Below are positions 41,019-50,412 of a stretch of DNA of 64,000 bases, in pieces. The notes beneath the pieces are model-generated. The model saw only the letters and a program-made list of their open reading frames with translations. It searched no databases and was not told the DNA's origin. Source of the DNA: Promethearchaeota archaeon (lineage in GTDB: Archaea; Asgardarchaeota; Lokiarchaeia; Sigyniarchaeales; SOKP01); NCBI GenBank assembly GCA_030603385.1, contig JAUVXW010000002.1, positions 96,001 through 160,000 of the forward strand, written 5' to 3'. The first letter of the stretch is position 1, and the number at the start of each line of letters is the position of its first letter. The translations under genes and the position numbers were made by a program.

Positions 41019-41777
41019 TTAATTTGGTTGTTGTTTTTCTTCTACTATTTTCCCCTCATCAAATGAAATTATACGATCTGCCAATGCTATTAAGTCATCA
41101 TCATGAGTAGCAATAATTATGGTTTTTTCGCTTGATTTTAATTCTTTAAAAAGATCTCTAATAAAGAGACTGGTCTTTTTATCCAGATTAGCAGTTGGTT
41201 CATCAGCTAAAATGATTGGAGGATTATTTGCCAACGCTCTAGCGATAGCAACTCTTTGTTGTTCACCAGCAGATAACTGAAATGGCAAATGTTCTCTTCT
41301 ATCACCTAATCTCATTTTTTTTAACAGTTTTACAGCATGACTTCTCTGTTCTTCAAATTTCATACCAGAGAGATTCATAGGGAACATTATGTTTTCTTCG
41401 GCTGTAAGAGTACTGATTAGATTATAATTTTGAAATATAAATCCCGAATTTATTAAACGAAATAAAGCTAAAGATTCTTGATCCATATCAGTAATTTTGA
41501 CTCCTTGGTTATAAATTGTTCCTGAATTAGGAGAATCCAAACCACCTATTAAATTTAATAATGTGGTCTTACCAGCACCACTCGGACCTTCAATAACAAC
41601 AAATTCACCATCATTTACGTCTAATGATACATTATCAACTGCCTTTACAATAAAATCTCCAATTTCATAATTTTTAACAAGATTTTTGCAAAAAATTAAT
41701 ATACCTTGTTCAGTAAGTTCCTTTGCCAAATTAATTTTATCTAATTCTTGATATTCTTCAACGGAATTTTCCTTCAT
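41019..41777 (-). CDS. ABC exporter ATP-binding protein (LolD-like)
   Basis: GPSGAGKTT, LSAGEQQRVAIARAL, DEPTANLD. Confidence 0.93.
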   Translation of the reverse strand: MKENSVEEYQELDKINLAKELTEQGILIFCKNLVKNYEIGDFIVKAVDNVSLDVNDGEFVVIEGPSGAGKTTLLNLIGGLDSPNSGTIYNQGVKITDMDQESLALFRLINSGFIFQNYNLISTLTAEENIMFPMNLSGMKFEEQRSHAVKLLKKMRLGDRREHLPFQLSAGEQQRVAIARALANNPPIILADEPTANLDKKTSLFIRDLFKELKSSEKTIIIATHDDDLIALADRIISFDEGKIVEEKQQPN

Positions 41778-41968
41778 TTTTAATTCAACGCTATTTTGTT
41801 CTACTCGTAAGTTTATTCACGAATCTGTTAACATTAATCTTGTTACTCTTAGATGTTTGATGAAAATGACGAATAATTTAAAATTCTATGTAAAGAATTA
41901 ATATTGTATTTTAATAATTTATGTTAGATTTTAAAATAAATTTAAATATTAAAGTATCATAATATTCT

Positions 41969-42122
41969 TGAGGGAGATTGAGAAACTAAAAAATATCCCC
42001 TATACATGTGTGAATTCCACTAAATGTGAGGAAATTTCCTAATTAAAATGGTAACTAAATAAATTTTGTTGTGAAATCTTAAACTTCCTTTTTAAGATTT
42101 TAATTTTTTCTCATCTCCCTCA
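41969..42122 (+). ncRNA. Candidate ~155-nt structured RNA / leader element
   Basis: 16-bp terminal inverted repeat, internal hairpins, TTTAAATA at 41941. Confidence 0.45.
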
Positions 42123-42258
42123 TTCTAGTTCTTAAATTATCGCATTCATTAGAGATTGACCCTTACTATCTTTTTTATAAAATAAACTTTAAAGGATTTA
42201 TTTAATTACAAATTATAATTTTATTAGGGAATATTAATAATTAAAAGTGTAGATCTTT

Positions 42259-42891
42259 ATGGATTTTGAAAAATTAACTGAACTAGTAATTGAATTAGAA
42301 GTTGACGATATTGCTGACGCTGTAAAAGAAGCATTAGGTGAGGATAAAGATCCTTTTGATATATTAAACGCTTTAACGAAGGGAATGGATGAAGTTGGAC
42401 ATCGATATGAGGAAAAAGAATACTATTTAACTGAACTTGTGCTAGCTGGTGAAACCATGAAAGAAGCATTTGCTATTTTACAGCCTGCGTTAGCCGCAGC
42501 AGATACATCTTCAGAAAAAGTAAAAGTAATTCTAGCTACTGTTAAGGGAGATAACCATGATATTGGAAAAAATATTCTTGGCTCTCTCCTATTAAGTTCT
42601 GGGTTTGAACTTCATGATTTAGGTATGGATGTGGATGAAAACACAATTGTAGAAAAAGTTAAAGAAATAGGTACATCTATTATAGCATTAAGTTCATTAC
42701 TTACAATGACGGTAGAACAAATTAAAGTCGTTCACGAAGCTTTAATAACTGCTGGTCTTCGAGATAGTGTTAAATTAATAGTCGGAGGTGCTCCTTTAAA
42801 TGAGGAACTTGCTAAAAAACTTGGAGCAGATGATTTTGCTGATGACGCAGTAGATGGAGTGAGGCATATCAAAGAATTAGCTAAAAAGTAA
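42259..42891 (+). CDS. Corrinoid (B12-binding) methyltransferase protein, MtbC/MttC-like
   Basis: GDNHDIGKN, SSLLT, VGGAP. Confidence 0.92.
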   Translation: MDFEKLTELVIELEVDDIADAVKEALGEDKDPFDILNALTKGMDEVGHRYEEKEYYLTELVLAGETMKEAFAILQPALAAADTSSEKVKVILATVKGDNHDIGKNILGSLLLSSGFELHDLGMDVDENTIVEKVKEIGTSIIALSSLLTMTVEQIKVVHEALITAGLRDSVKLIVGGAPLNEELAKKLGADDFADDAVDGVRHIKELAKK

Positions 42892-43127
42892 AAAAATTAC
42901 TAAAAAGCTATTTTTATTTTAATCATAATCTTACTTTTTTTAGATTGTTTTGATTATTGATTTATAGATTATAAGTTCCTTTTTTTAACTATTTTATATC
43001 TGTTTTATGTTTATTATTGAATTTGATTAAATTATAATGAGAATATTTATACTTCTTAGTATTCGTTTATGTCCTAAGAACCAATAAAATAAAACGAGTA
43101 GTATAAAATTATATGGAGGATTAAATT

Positions 43128-43373
43128 TTGACTGAAAATGAAATTAAATATGATAGTTCCCTCGACACTAGAGGGCTTTTCTGCCCGGAACCTTTATTTG
43201 AAGTTAGGAATTTAAGTGAGACTCTTGAAATTGGACAATGCTTTAAAGTACTCGCAGATGATCCCGCTGCTGAAGAAGATTTAAAGAGATGGGCTAAGAG
43301 GACAGATACTAAATTAGTTGAATTCCTTAAGGATGGCGATGATTTAGTATTCTATTTTAAGAAAATGAAATGA
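43128..43373 (+). CDS. TusA/SirA sulfurtransferase
   Basis: LDTRGLFCPEP, ADDPAA. Confidence 0.9.
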   Translation: MTENEIKYDSSLDTRGLFCPEPLFEVRNLSETLEIGQCFKVLADDPAAEEDLKRWAKRTDTKLVEFLKDGDDLVFYFKKMK

Positions 43374-43392
43374 AAAAAGAGAGGATAAAAGG

Positions 43393-44586
43393 ATGAGTGT
43401 TTATTTAGATCATCAAGCAGCGAAGCCTGTCGATTCTAGGGTTATTTCAGAGATGACAATTTATTTAAATCAAAAATTTGCTAACCCAGCATCACTGCAT
43501 TGTGATGGGGACGAAGCTACTGATGCATTAAGCGAATTTCGACGTAAGGTTGCCGATTTTATTAACGCCCCAGATCCAGACTCTATAATTTTCACATCCG
43601 GAGCAACTGAGTCTAATAATCTTGCTTTAATCGGGGCTGCAATGAGAAATAAAAAGAAAGGGAATCATATAATAATTTCAGAGATAGAACATATTTCGAT
43701 TTTAAATATTGCTAAGTATTTGGAACGGCAAGGTTTTGAAGTTAGTAGAGTTCCAGTAGATCAATACGGAATTGTAAGACTCGACAAGCTTGAACGGTTA
43801 ATTACTGATAAAACAATACTAGTCTCGATTTCTATGGCAAGCAATGAAGTTGGATCCATTCAACCTATTAAAAAAATTAGTGATCTCGCAGTTAAGCATA
43901 AAATATTATTTCATACTGATGCTGTTGCTAGTGAAAGTGTTATGCCAATCGATGTTCAACAAATTCCAGTTGATATGTTAACATTATCTTCAAACGATAT
44001 TTATGGACCAAGAGGAGTCGGTGCTTTATACTTGAAAAAAGGTGTACGAGTAAATCCAATCATAATTGGTGGAGGTCAGGAAAGAGGTTTTAGATCTGGT
44101 TCAGAGAACATACCAGGTATAGTTGGATTTGGAAAAGCTGCTGAGATAATGAAAGCAGAAATAAATGAAGAAGCGGCTAGACTAAAAGTTTTAAGGGATA
44201 AATTAATTAAAGGGATATTAGAAACAATTCCAAAGTCGTACTTAAATGGTCATCCAGAAAAGAGACTTCCTCATAATGCTCATTTTAGATTTGACTATAT
44301 TGAGGGTGAATCGTTAATTTTAGGTTTAAAAGATGAGAAAATTGCGGCTGCGACAGGATCTGCGTGTTCATCAAAAACTCTAGAGCCTTCTCATACATTA
44401 ATTGCCATGGGGTTGTTGCATCAAGAAGCTCATGGAAGCTTAATGATTACTTTTGGTCGAGATACGAAAGAAGAACATGTTAATAAATTATTAGATAAAC
44501 TGCCAGTTATTGTAAAAAGATTAAGATTATTATCTCCCCTAACTCCTCCTGATTTAATAAAAAAAAATAATGAGGTGAATGAATAG
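43393..44586 (+). CDS. iscS: IscS/NifS-like protein (PLP Lys replaced by Asp)
   Basis: FTSGATESNN, GGGQERGFRSGSEN, TGSACSS; SSNDIYGP in place of SxHKxxGP. Confidence 0.9.
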   Translation: MSVYLDHQAAKPVDSRVISEMTIYLNQKFANPASLHCDGDEATDALSEFRRKVADFINAPDPDSIIFTSGATESNNLALIGAAMRNKKKGNHIIISEIEHISILNIAKYLERQGFEVSRVPVDQYGIVRLDKLERLITDKTILVSISMASNEVGSIQPIKKISDLAVKHKILFHTDAVASESVMPIDVQQIPVDMLTLSSNDIYGPRGVGALYLKKGVRVNPIIIGGGQERGFRSGSENIPGIVGFGKAAEIMKAEINEEAARLKVLRDKLIKGILETIPKSYLNGHPEKRLPHNAHFRFDYIEGESLILGLKDEKIAAATGSACSSKTLEPSHTLIAMGLLHQEAHGSLMITFGRDTKEEHVNKLLDKLPVIVKRLRLLSPLTPPDLIKKNNEVNE

Positions 44587-44587
44587 A

Positions 44588-45391
44588 ATGAAAGGAACCC
44601 AATATTCCGAAAAGGTATTGGAACATTTCCGTAACCCTAGAAATGTAGGAGTAATAGAGAAGCCTGATGGGTATGGACGCGTTGGAAATCCTATTTGTGG
44701 CGATTTAATGGATATTTACATCAAAGTTGGAAAAAATGAAGCTGGTGAAGATATAATTGATGATGTAAAATTTAGAACTTTTGGTTGTGGGTCAGCTGTT
44801 GCCACATCATCAATGGTGACGACAATGGCTAAGGGAATGAAAGTTGATGATGCTTATGAAATTACTCGGAAAGATGTTGCTGAAGAATTAGATGGACTAC
44901 CCCCAATAAAGATGCATTGTTCTAATTTAGCCGCTGATGCTCTAAAAGCAGCAATTGATAATTATAGAGGTAAGGCAGAAACATATGTAGAGGTAGAACA
45001 TAGAACCTGCGAAGCATCAGAACTCAAGGTAATTCTAGGTATTGATGAATTTCTTGGTAAAGGGGTTTATAAGAAGAAAGTTAAAGATTTATCCGAGTTT
45101 AGTAATAAAAGAGTGTTAGTGATTGATACAGGGGATGAATCTTTAGAATATGCTTTAGAATTGACGAATCATACAGGTAGAGTCATTGCGGTAACGTCTG
45201 CGAAATCTATACCCGGTTCTGAAAACTTACGGAAAAAAATAAAAATGTCTGATGTAAAGATGATACATCAATCTGAACTTTTAGAAGTTATAGGGACAGA
45301 TGATGTTGAAAAAATTAAACTGCATGATTTTGATGAAGATGAAAATTATGAGCTCTTTGTCGATGTAGTAATAATTCTTGAAGAAAATTAA
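44588..45391 (+). CDS. iscU: IscU/NifU scaffold fused to a thioredoxin-reductase-like NAD-binding domain
   Basis: HFRNPRNVG, GNPICGD, FGCGSA, LPPIKMHCS, plus ~130 extra C-terminal residues. Confidence 0.9.
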   Translation: MKGTQYSEKVLEHFRNPRNVGVIEKPDGYGRVGNPICGDLMDIYIKVGKNEAGEDIIDDVKFRTFGCGSAVATSSMVTTMAKGMKVDDAYEITRKDVAEELDGLPPIKMHCSNLAADALKAAIDNYRGKAETYVEVEHRTCEASELKVILGIDEFLGKGVYKKKVKDLSEFSNKRVLVIDTGDESLEYALELTNHTGRVIAVTSAKSIPGSENLRKKIKMSDVKMIHQSELLEVIGTDDVEKIKLHDFDEDENYELFVDVVIILEEN

Positions 45392-45431
45392 GGATTAGGT
45401 TTTCAAAAGATTTAATTAATACTTTTTCTCT

Positions 45432-46565
45432 CTATTTTTTCATAGATTCTAAAATGTAGTCAGTTATATATTTACTATCTTTGTCTGTTTGATTCTTATA
45501 ATTCACATATCTAAAATTGAAAACACATAGAGGACAGGACGAGATTATTTCTTTTGTTTCCATTTTATTAAATAATTTTTTGCCAATACTAATACAAATA
45601 CTACTATCAACACCTCGTATTCCGGAGCCCGATCCACAACATGGTGTTTCTTTAGGGTTAGATGACATCTCTTTTATCTCCAAACCACACTTATTTAGAA
45701 GTTCTCTAGGCTCAGAGAAAAGAGGACCATTTTTGTATTTTCTCCCAAGTCGACATGGATCATGATAAGTAATTGTCCTATTCAAGGGTTTTAAGTTAAT
45801 TTTACCTTCTCTTTCTAAATCATAAATAACGTCAACTATATGTTTCACAGTTAAATCAAAATCCTTAAAGTATTTCCGATAAACCTTATCGAAAGCGTAT
45901 AAACAACCACCGCAAGTTACGATCAAATTCTTTACGCCAATTTTCTTAAATAACTCAATGTTTTCTTTAAAGATTTTTTTCGCAATATCGATGTTTCCGG
46001 CAGAATATACATATTCACCGCAACAAGGTTCATTTTCTAAAATCTTAAAATCATAACCTGCAAGCTTTAAAATCTCATATGGTGCACTCGCACTTTCTTT
46101 AACCCGAAATGAAGACATACATCCTAAAAATAAGAGTGTATCCGAATTCTTCTTTTCAAACATTTCTGTTTCTTTATAATTTTCTGCTAACCAATTCAAT
46201 CTTTCTTCTGGATTTCCATTAACAGAATTATCTTTCTCAATAATTCCATTAATAATTTTATTATGGATATCTAACGGCGCTTTATTTTCCTTTACTAACT
46301 TAACTTTTGATGAATAGATAACCTCTGATATTTGTATCATTTGGGGGCAAATCGAATCACATAATGCGCATAAAGTACAAGTATAAAGACTAGTAAGTTC
46401 TTCTTGAGAGATTTCATTGTTATTAAACACTTTTTGAGCAATCTTTAATCTTCCATTCGGAGATTTTAAAAGATCATTTGTAACGATATAAGTATCACAT
46501 ACTTCTAAACAATTCTTACAATCTAAGCATTTTTCTATTTCTTCTATAACTTTGTTTTCATCCAT
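45432..46565 (-). CDS. HdrD/GlcF-like Fe-S oxidoreductase (CCG domains)
   Basis: Two CxxCxxCxxxC motifs, PCCGE, HDPCRLGR, CCGSG. Confidence 0.88.
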   Translation of the reverse strand: MDENKVIEEIEKCLDCKNCLEVCDTYIVTNDLLKSPNGRLKIAQKVFNNNEISQEELTSLYTCTLCALCDSICPQMIQISEVIYSSKVKLVKENKAPLDIHNKIINGIIEKDNSVNGNPEERLNWLAENYKETEMFEKKNSDTLLFLGCMSSFRVKESASAPYEILKLAGYDFKILENEPCCGEYVYSAGNIDIAKKIFKENIELFKKIGVKNLIVTCGGCLYAFDKVYRKYFKDFDLTVKHIVDVIYDLEREGKINLKPLNRTITYHDPCRLGRKYKNGPLFSEPRELLNKCGLEIKEMSSNPKETPCCGSGSGIRGVDSSICISIGKKLFNKMETKEIISSCPLCVFNFRYVNYKNQTDKDSKYITDYILESMKK

Positions 46566-46697
46566 GGTGATATCATTTTTCTTAATATTAGATTATATAC
46601 TAAGTTTTCTAACTTATAGTAACCAGATTTAAATTATACGCTTTATTAAGAATAGGATAAGATAATTATATAATTCAAATAAGATTTTAGGTTAATT

Positions 46698-49085
46698 ATG
46701 ATGAGAGTTGTAATTGTTGGGGGCGTTGCAGGTGGAGCTTCTGCAGCTGCTCGTTTAAGAAGATTAAAAGAAGATTTTGAAATTGTCATGTTAGATAAAG
46801 GCCCGTATGTTAGCTTTGCCAACTGTGGGCTTCCATATTATATATCGAATATAATAAAGGATCGTGAGTCTTTAGAACTAGTAACTCCAGATAGATTTCT
46901 TGAAAGGTTCAATATTGATGTACGGGTAAACAACGAGGTAATATCGATAGATAAAGCGAAAAAACAGATTAAAGTCAGAGATTTAAAGAAAAATGAAGAG
47001 TATGATCTCGATTATAACTACTTAATCTTAGCAACTGGATCAAAACCTATAGTTCCACCCTTCTTAGGTCTTGACGATGTTCCACATTTTACTGTGCGGA
47101 CAATTCCAGATGCTGTAAAAATAAGAGAGTATGTTGAAAAATTTCATATAAAAAATGCTGTTATTGTTGGTGGAGGGTTTATTGGTTTAGAGATGGCAGA
47201 AAACTTAGCAGAGAAAGGCATTAGAGTAAAAATCGTTGAAATGTTAGATCAGGTTATGCCCCCTATTGATAAAGAAATGGCACAGTTTATTCATCAAGAA
47301 TTAATATTGAATGGAGTATGTCTTGTTTTAGAAGATCCAGTTGATTCTTTCGGAAGGACTGATGACGATAAACCTTTTGTTAAAACTAAAAGTGGTCGAA
47401 TAATAGAAACAGATTTAATTATTTTATCTATTGGTATTAGACCAGAAAATATCTTAGCTAAAGATGCTGGTTTAGAATTAACAGAGAGAGGCTATGTCAA
47501 TGTCAATAATATAATGCAAACATCTGATCCAAATATTTATGCTGTAGGTGATATTGTTCAAGTTCAACATCTTCAAACCAAAAAACCAATATCCTTAGCA
47601 TTAGCTGGCCCAGCAAATAAACAAGGAAGAGTAGCAGCAGATAATATTGCTGGAAGAAATTCAGAATATAAAGGGGTTTTAGGGGCTTCTGTCGTAAAAG
47701 TTTTTGATTTAACAGTTGCATCTGTAGGATTAACAGAAAAACAATTAAAAATGTTAGATTTCAATTATGAAAAAATATACATTCATCCCAATAATCATGC
47801 AGGGTACTATCCCGGAGCTATTCCAATAACTCTAAAATTAATTTTTGAAATTCCAAGTGGTAAAATTCTTGGAGCTCAAGCTGTTGGAGGTCCAGGTACA
47901 GAAAAGAGAATTGATGTTATTTCAACTGTAATAAAATTTAATGGCACAGTGTTTGATTTGGAAGAATTAGAATTGACTTATGCTCCACCATATGGTTCCG
48001 CAAAGGATCCTGTAAATATGGCTGGATTCGTTGCTGCTAATTATCTTAAAGAAGATATGCCTATTTGGCATTGGCATGATTTTCCTGATATTACAAATAA
48101 TGGGGGTGTTTTGTTGGACGTTAGAACTAAAGAAGAATTTGCTGCTAGAACCATTGATGGCTCAATAAACATACCAATTGAGGAAATTAGGAACCGATTA
48201 GATGATATTCCTAATGATAAATCAATCTATGTTTACTGTGAAGTAGGATATAGGAGTTATTTAGCATTAAGAATTCTACTGCAAAGTGGGTATAATGAAG
48301 TCTATGAATTAACAGGGGGATTTAAAATCTTTGAGATGGCAAATGCTACAACAGAAGAAATAATGGCTGCATGTGGAGGATCCGAAAATGTTATCGAAGA
48401 ATTTGTTCACGAAAAAGCTACTGAAAGCGAAGATTATATAGAAGTCGATGCAGGTGGATTATCCTGTCCAGGACCTCTTAATGCATTAATTAAATCTCTT
48501 GATACATTACCTGAAAATAAAAAATTAAAGATTTTTGCTACTGACCCCGGATTTAAATCTAGCGTTGAGGCATATTCCAAATTAAATGACGCTGTAGAAT
48601 TGTTAAGTCTTGGAAAACAACAAGGAAAATTAGTGGCTATTTTAGAAAAAGTCCAACCTACGGTGGAAGTAATAACACCTATAAAAAAGAAAACTAGGAA
48701 AGAATTAAGACCACTTGATGCTCCTCCAGTTTCAGATATCAGTGTTGATGAGTTATATGAACGCCTTGATACTGAGGATGAGCCACCACTTCTAATCGAT
48801 GTTCGAACACCACAGGAATATAATGGTCCCGCTGGTCATATTAAAAATGCCAAATTGATTCCATTAGGAGAGCTTTTAAGTAATACAGATGTTATAAATG
48901 ATTTTAAAGTAGAGGAAATAATCGCAATCTGTCACTCTGGTTCTCGATCTATGATGGCTGCTCAAATACTAGCTCAAGCGGGATTTAAAGATATAAGAAA
49001 TTTAACAGGTGGAATGATGATGTGGCATAGAAAAGGATATCCCATCGAGTTAGAAGAAAGTAGAATGGTAGAAACTTATTATTAA
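46698..49085 (+). CDS. CoA-disulfide/persulfide reductase fused to rhodanese, TusA and a second rhodanese domain
   Basis: SFANCGLPY, YAPPYG, CEVGYRS, GLSCPGP, CHSGSRS. Confidence 0.9.
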   Translation: MMRVVIVGGVAGGASAAARLRRLKEDFEIVMLDKGPYVSFANCGLPYYISNIIKDRESLELVTPDRFLERFNIDVRVNNEVISIDKAKKQIKVRDLKKNEEYDLDYNYLILATGSKPIVPPFLGLDDVPHFTVRTIPDAVKIREYVEKFHIKNAVIVGGGFIGLEMAENLAEKGIRVKIVEMLDQVMPPIDKEMAQFIHQELILNGVCLVLEDPVDSFGRTDDDKPFVKTKSGRIIETDLIILSIGIRPENILAKDAGLELTERGYVNVNNIMQTSDPNIYAVGDIVQVQHLQTKKPISLALAGPANKQGRVAADNIAGRNSEYKGVLGASVVKVFDLTVASVGLTEKQLKMLDFNYEKIYIHPNNHAGYYPGAIPITLKLIFEIPSGKILGAQAVGGPGTEKRIDVISTVIKFNGTVFDLEELELTYAPPYGSAKDPVNMAGFVAANYLKEDMPIWHWHDFPDITNNGGVLLDVRTKEEFAARTIDGSINIPIEEIRNRLDDIPNDKSIYVYCEVGYRSYLALRILLQSGYNEVYELTGGFKIFEMANATTEEIMAACGGSENVIEEFVHEKATESEDYIEVDAGGLSCPGPLNALIKSLDTLPENKKLKIFATDPGFKSSVEAYSKLNDAVELLSLGKQQGKLVAILEKVQPTVEVITPIKKKTRKELRPLDAPPVSDISVDELYERLDTEDEPPLLIDVRTPQEYNGPAGHIKNAKLIPLGELLSNTDVINDFKVEEIIAICHSGSRSMMAAQILAQAGFKDIRNLTGGMMMWHRKGYPIELEESRMVETYY

Positions 49086-49211
49086 ACGAAGCCTATTTTG
49101 GTTTTTCTTTAATTTATAAGTGAAAAAGTTAAAATTAAGGCGAAATAATTTAAATCCAAATACATTCATATAAATCGAAAATTCCAATTTACAAAAAAGA
49201 GGTACAAAATT

Positions 49212-49802
49212 ATGAAAGAAACTGCTAAAAAATTATATACCGCATATGTGGGAGAATCTCAAGCCCGCAATAGGTATAACTACTTTGCTAAAATCGCAAA
49301 AAAAGAAGGATATATACTAGTGTCAAAAATTTTTGACGAAACATCAGATCAAGAAAAGGAACATGGTAGCTGGTTTTATAAGATGCTTCAAGGGTTCAAG
49401 AAGGAAGAATCCTTTGATGAAATGAAGGTACTCCCCGATGCAGAATTTCCAACAACCCATGGAACTACAGTTGAAAATCTGAAATCTGCGATGGCGGGAG
49501 AAGACATGGAATGGCAAACACTTTATCCTGATATAGCTGAGACTGCCGAAAAAGAAGGATATCCTGATATTGCCACAAGAGTACGCGCTATTATGGTTGC
49601 TGAAAAACATCACTCTGAGAGATATGGGAAACTTTTGAAACTAGTCGGTGATGATGCTTTCTTTAAACGAGGGTCAAAGGTCGTTTGGATATGTTTAGAA
49701 TGCGGCTTTGAAGTAGAAATGGATGAGCTACCTGATAGTTGGGAGTGTCCTAGCTGTGGACATAGTAGAGCATACTTCAGGAAAAAATGTGAAGATTTCT
49801 AA
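49212..49802 (+). CDS. rbr: Rubrerythrin
   Basis: GESQARNRY, EKEH, EKHH, CLECG..CPSC. Confidence 0.95.
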   Translation: MKETAKKLYTAYVGESQARNRYNYFAKIAKKEGYILVSKIFDETSDQEKEHGSWFYKMLQGFKKEESFDEMKVLPDAEFPTTHGTTVENLKSAMAGEDMEWQTLYPDIAETAEKEGYPDIATRVRAIMVAEKHHSERYGKLLKLVGDDAFFKRGSKVVWICLECGFEVEMDELPDSWECPSCGHSRAYFRKKCEDF

Positions 49803-49895
49803 AAAAAGCAATAAATCTTTAATTTAAAATCAAAGTTTTTAAAAATCAAAATAGATGATTTAAAGAACAACAGAATAAGAATCTGTGAATTAAAT

Positions 49896-50288
49896 ATGAA
49901 ACAGAAAGAAGTTTGGAAATGTAATATATGTGGAAAAGTTATTGAAATTCTTAACCCAGCAGCTCCTGAAACGATTTGTTGTGGACAACCAATGGTTTTA
50001 ATGGAGGAGAAGACTGCCGATTGGAAGGGCGAGAAGCATGTTCCTAAGATCACTATCGATGGTAATAAAGTTACTGTCGATGTTGGAATTTCTATGGGAA
50101 CCCCACATCCTATGACGGAAGAACACTATATCATGTGGATTGAGCTTATCTGTAAAGATAACTGTTATAAAAGGCAAATGTTAGCCCCTGGAATGGAACC
50201 TAAAGCAACTTTCGTTGTTGCGGATACAAGCGGGTTAAAGGCCAGGGAATATTGTAATCTCCATGGACTCTGGGTTGGGACAGAATAA
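49896..50288 (+). CDS. dfx: Desulfoferrodoxin (superoxide reductase)
   Basis: CNICG..CCGQPM, EKHVP, HPMTEEHYI, YCNLHGLW. Confidence 0.95.
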   Translation: MKQKEVWKCNICGKVIEILNPAAPETICCGQPMVLMEEKTADWKGEKHVPKITIDGNKVTVDVGISMGTPHPMTEEHYIMWIELICKDNCYKRQMLAPGMEPKATFVVADTSGLKAREYCNLHGLWVGTE

Positions 50289-50412
50289 ATTAAATTCTTT
50301 TTTTTTATTTTATTTTTATTTTTTAAATATTTTAAAATAATGAAGTTTTAAGATGTTTAACCACAATTAAATATATCAAAATCAAATAATTTCTCTGCTG
50401 TTTAAAGGAAGA

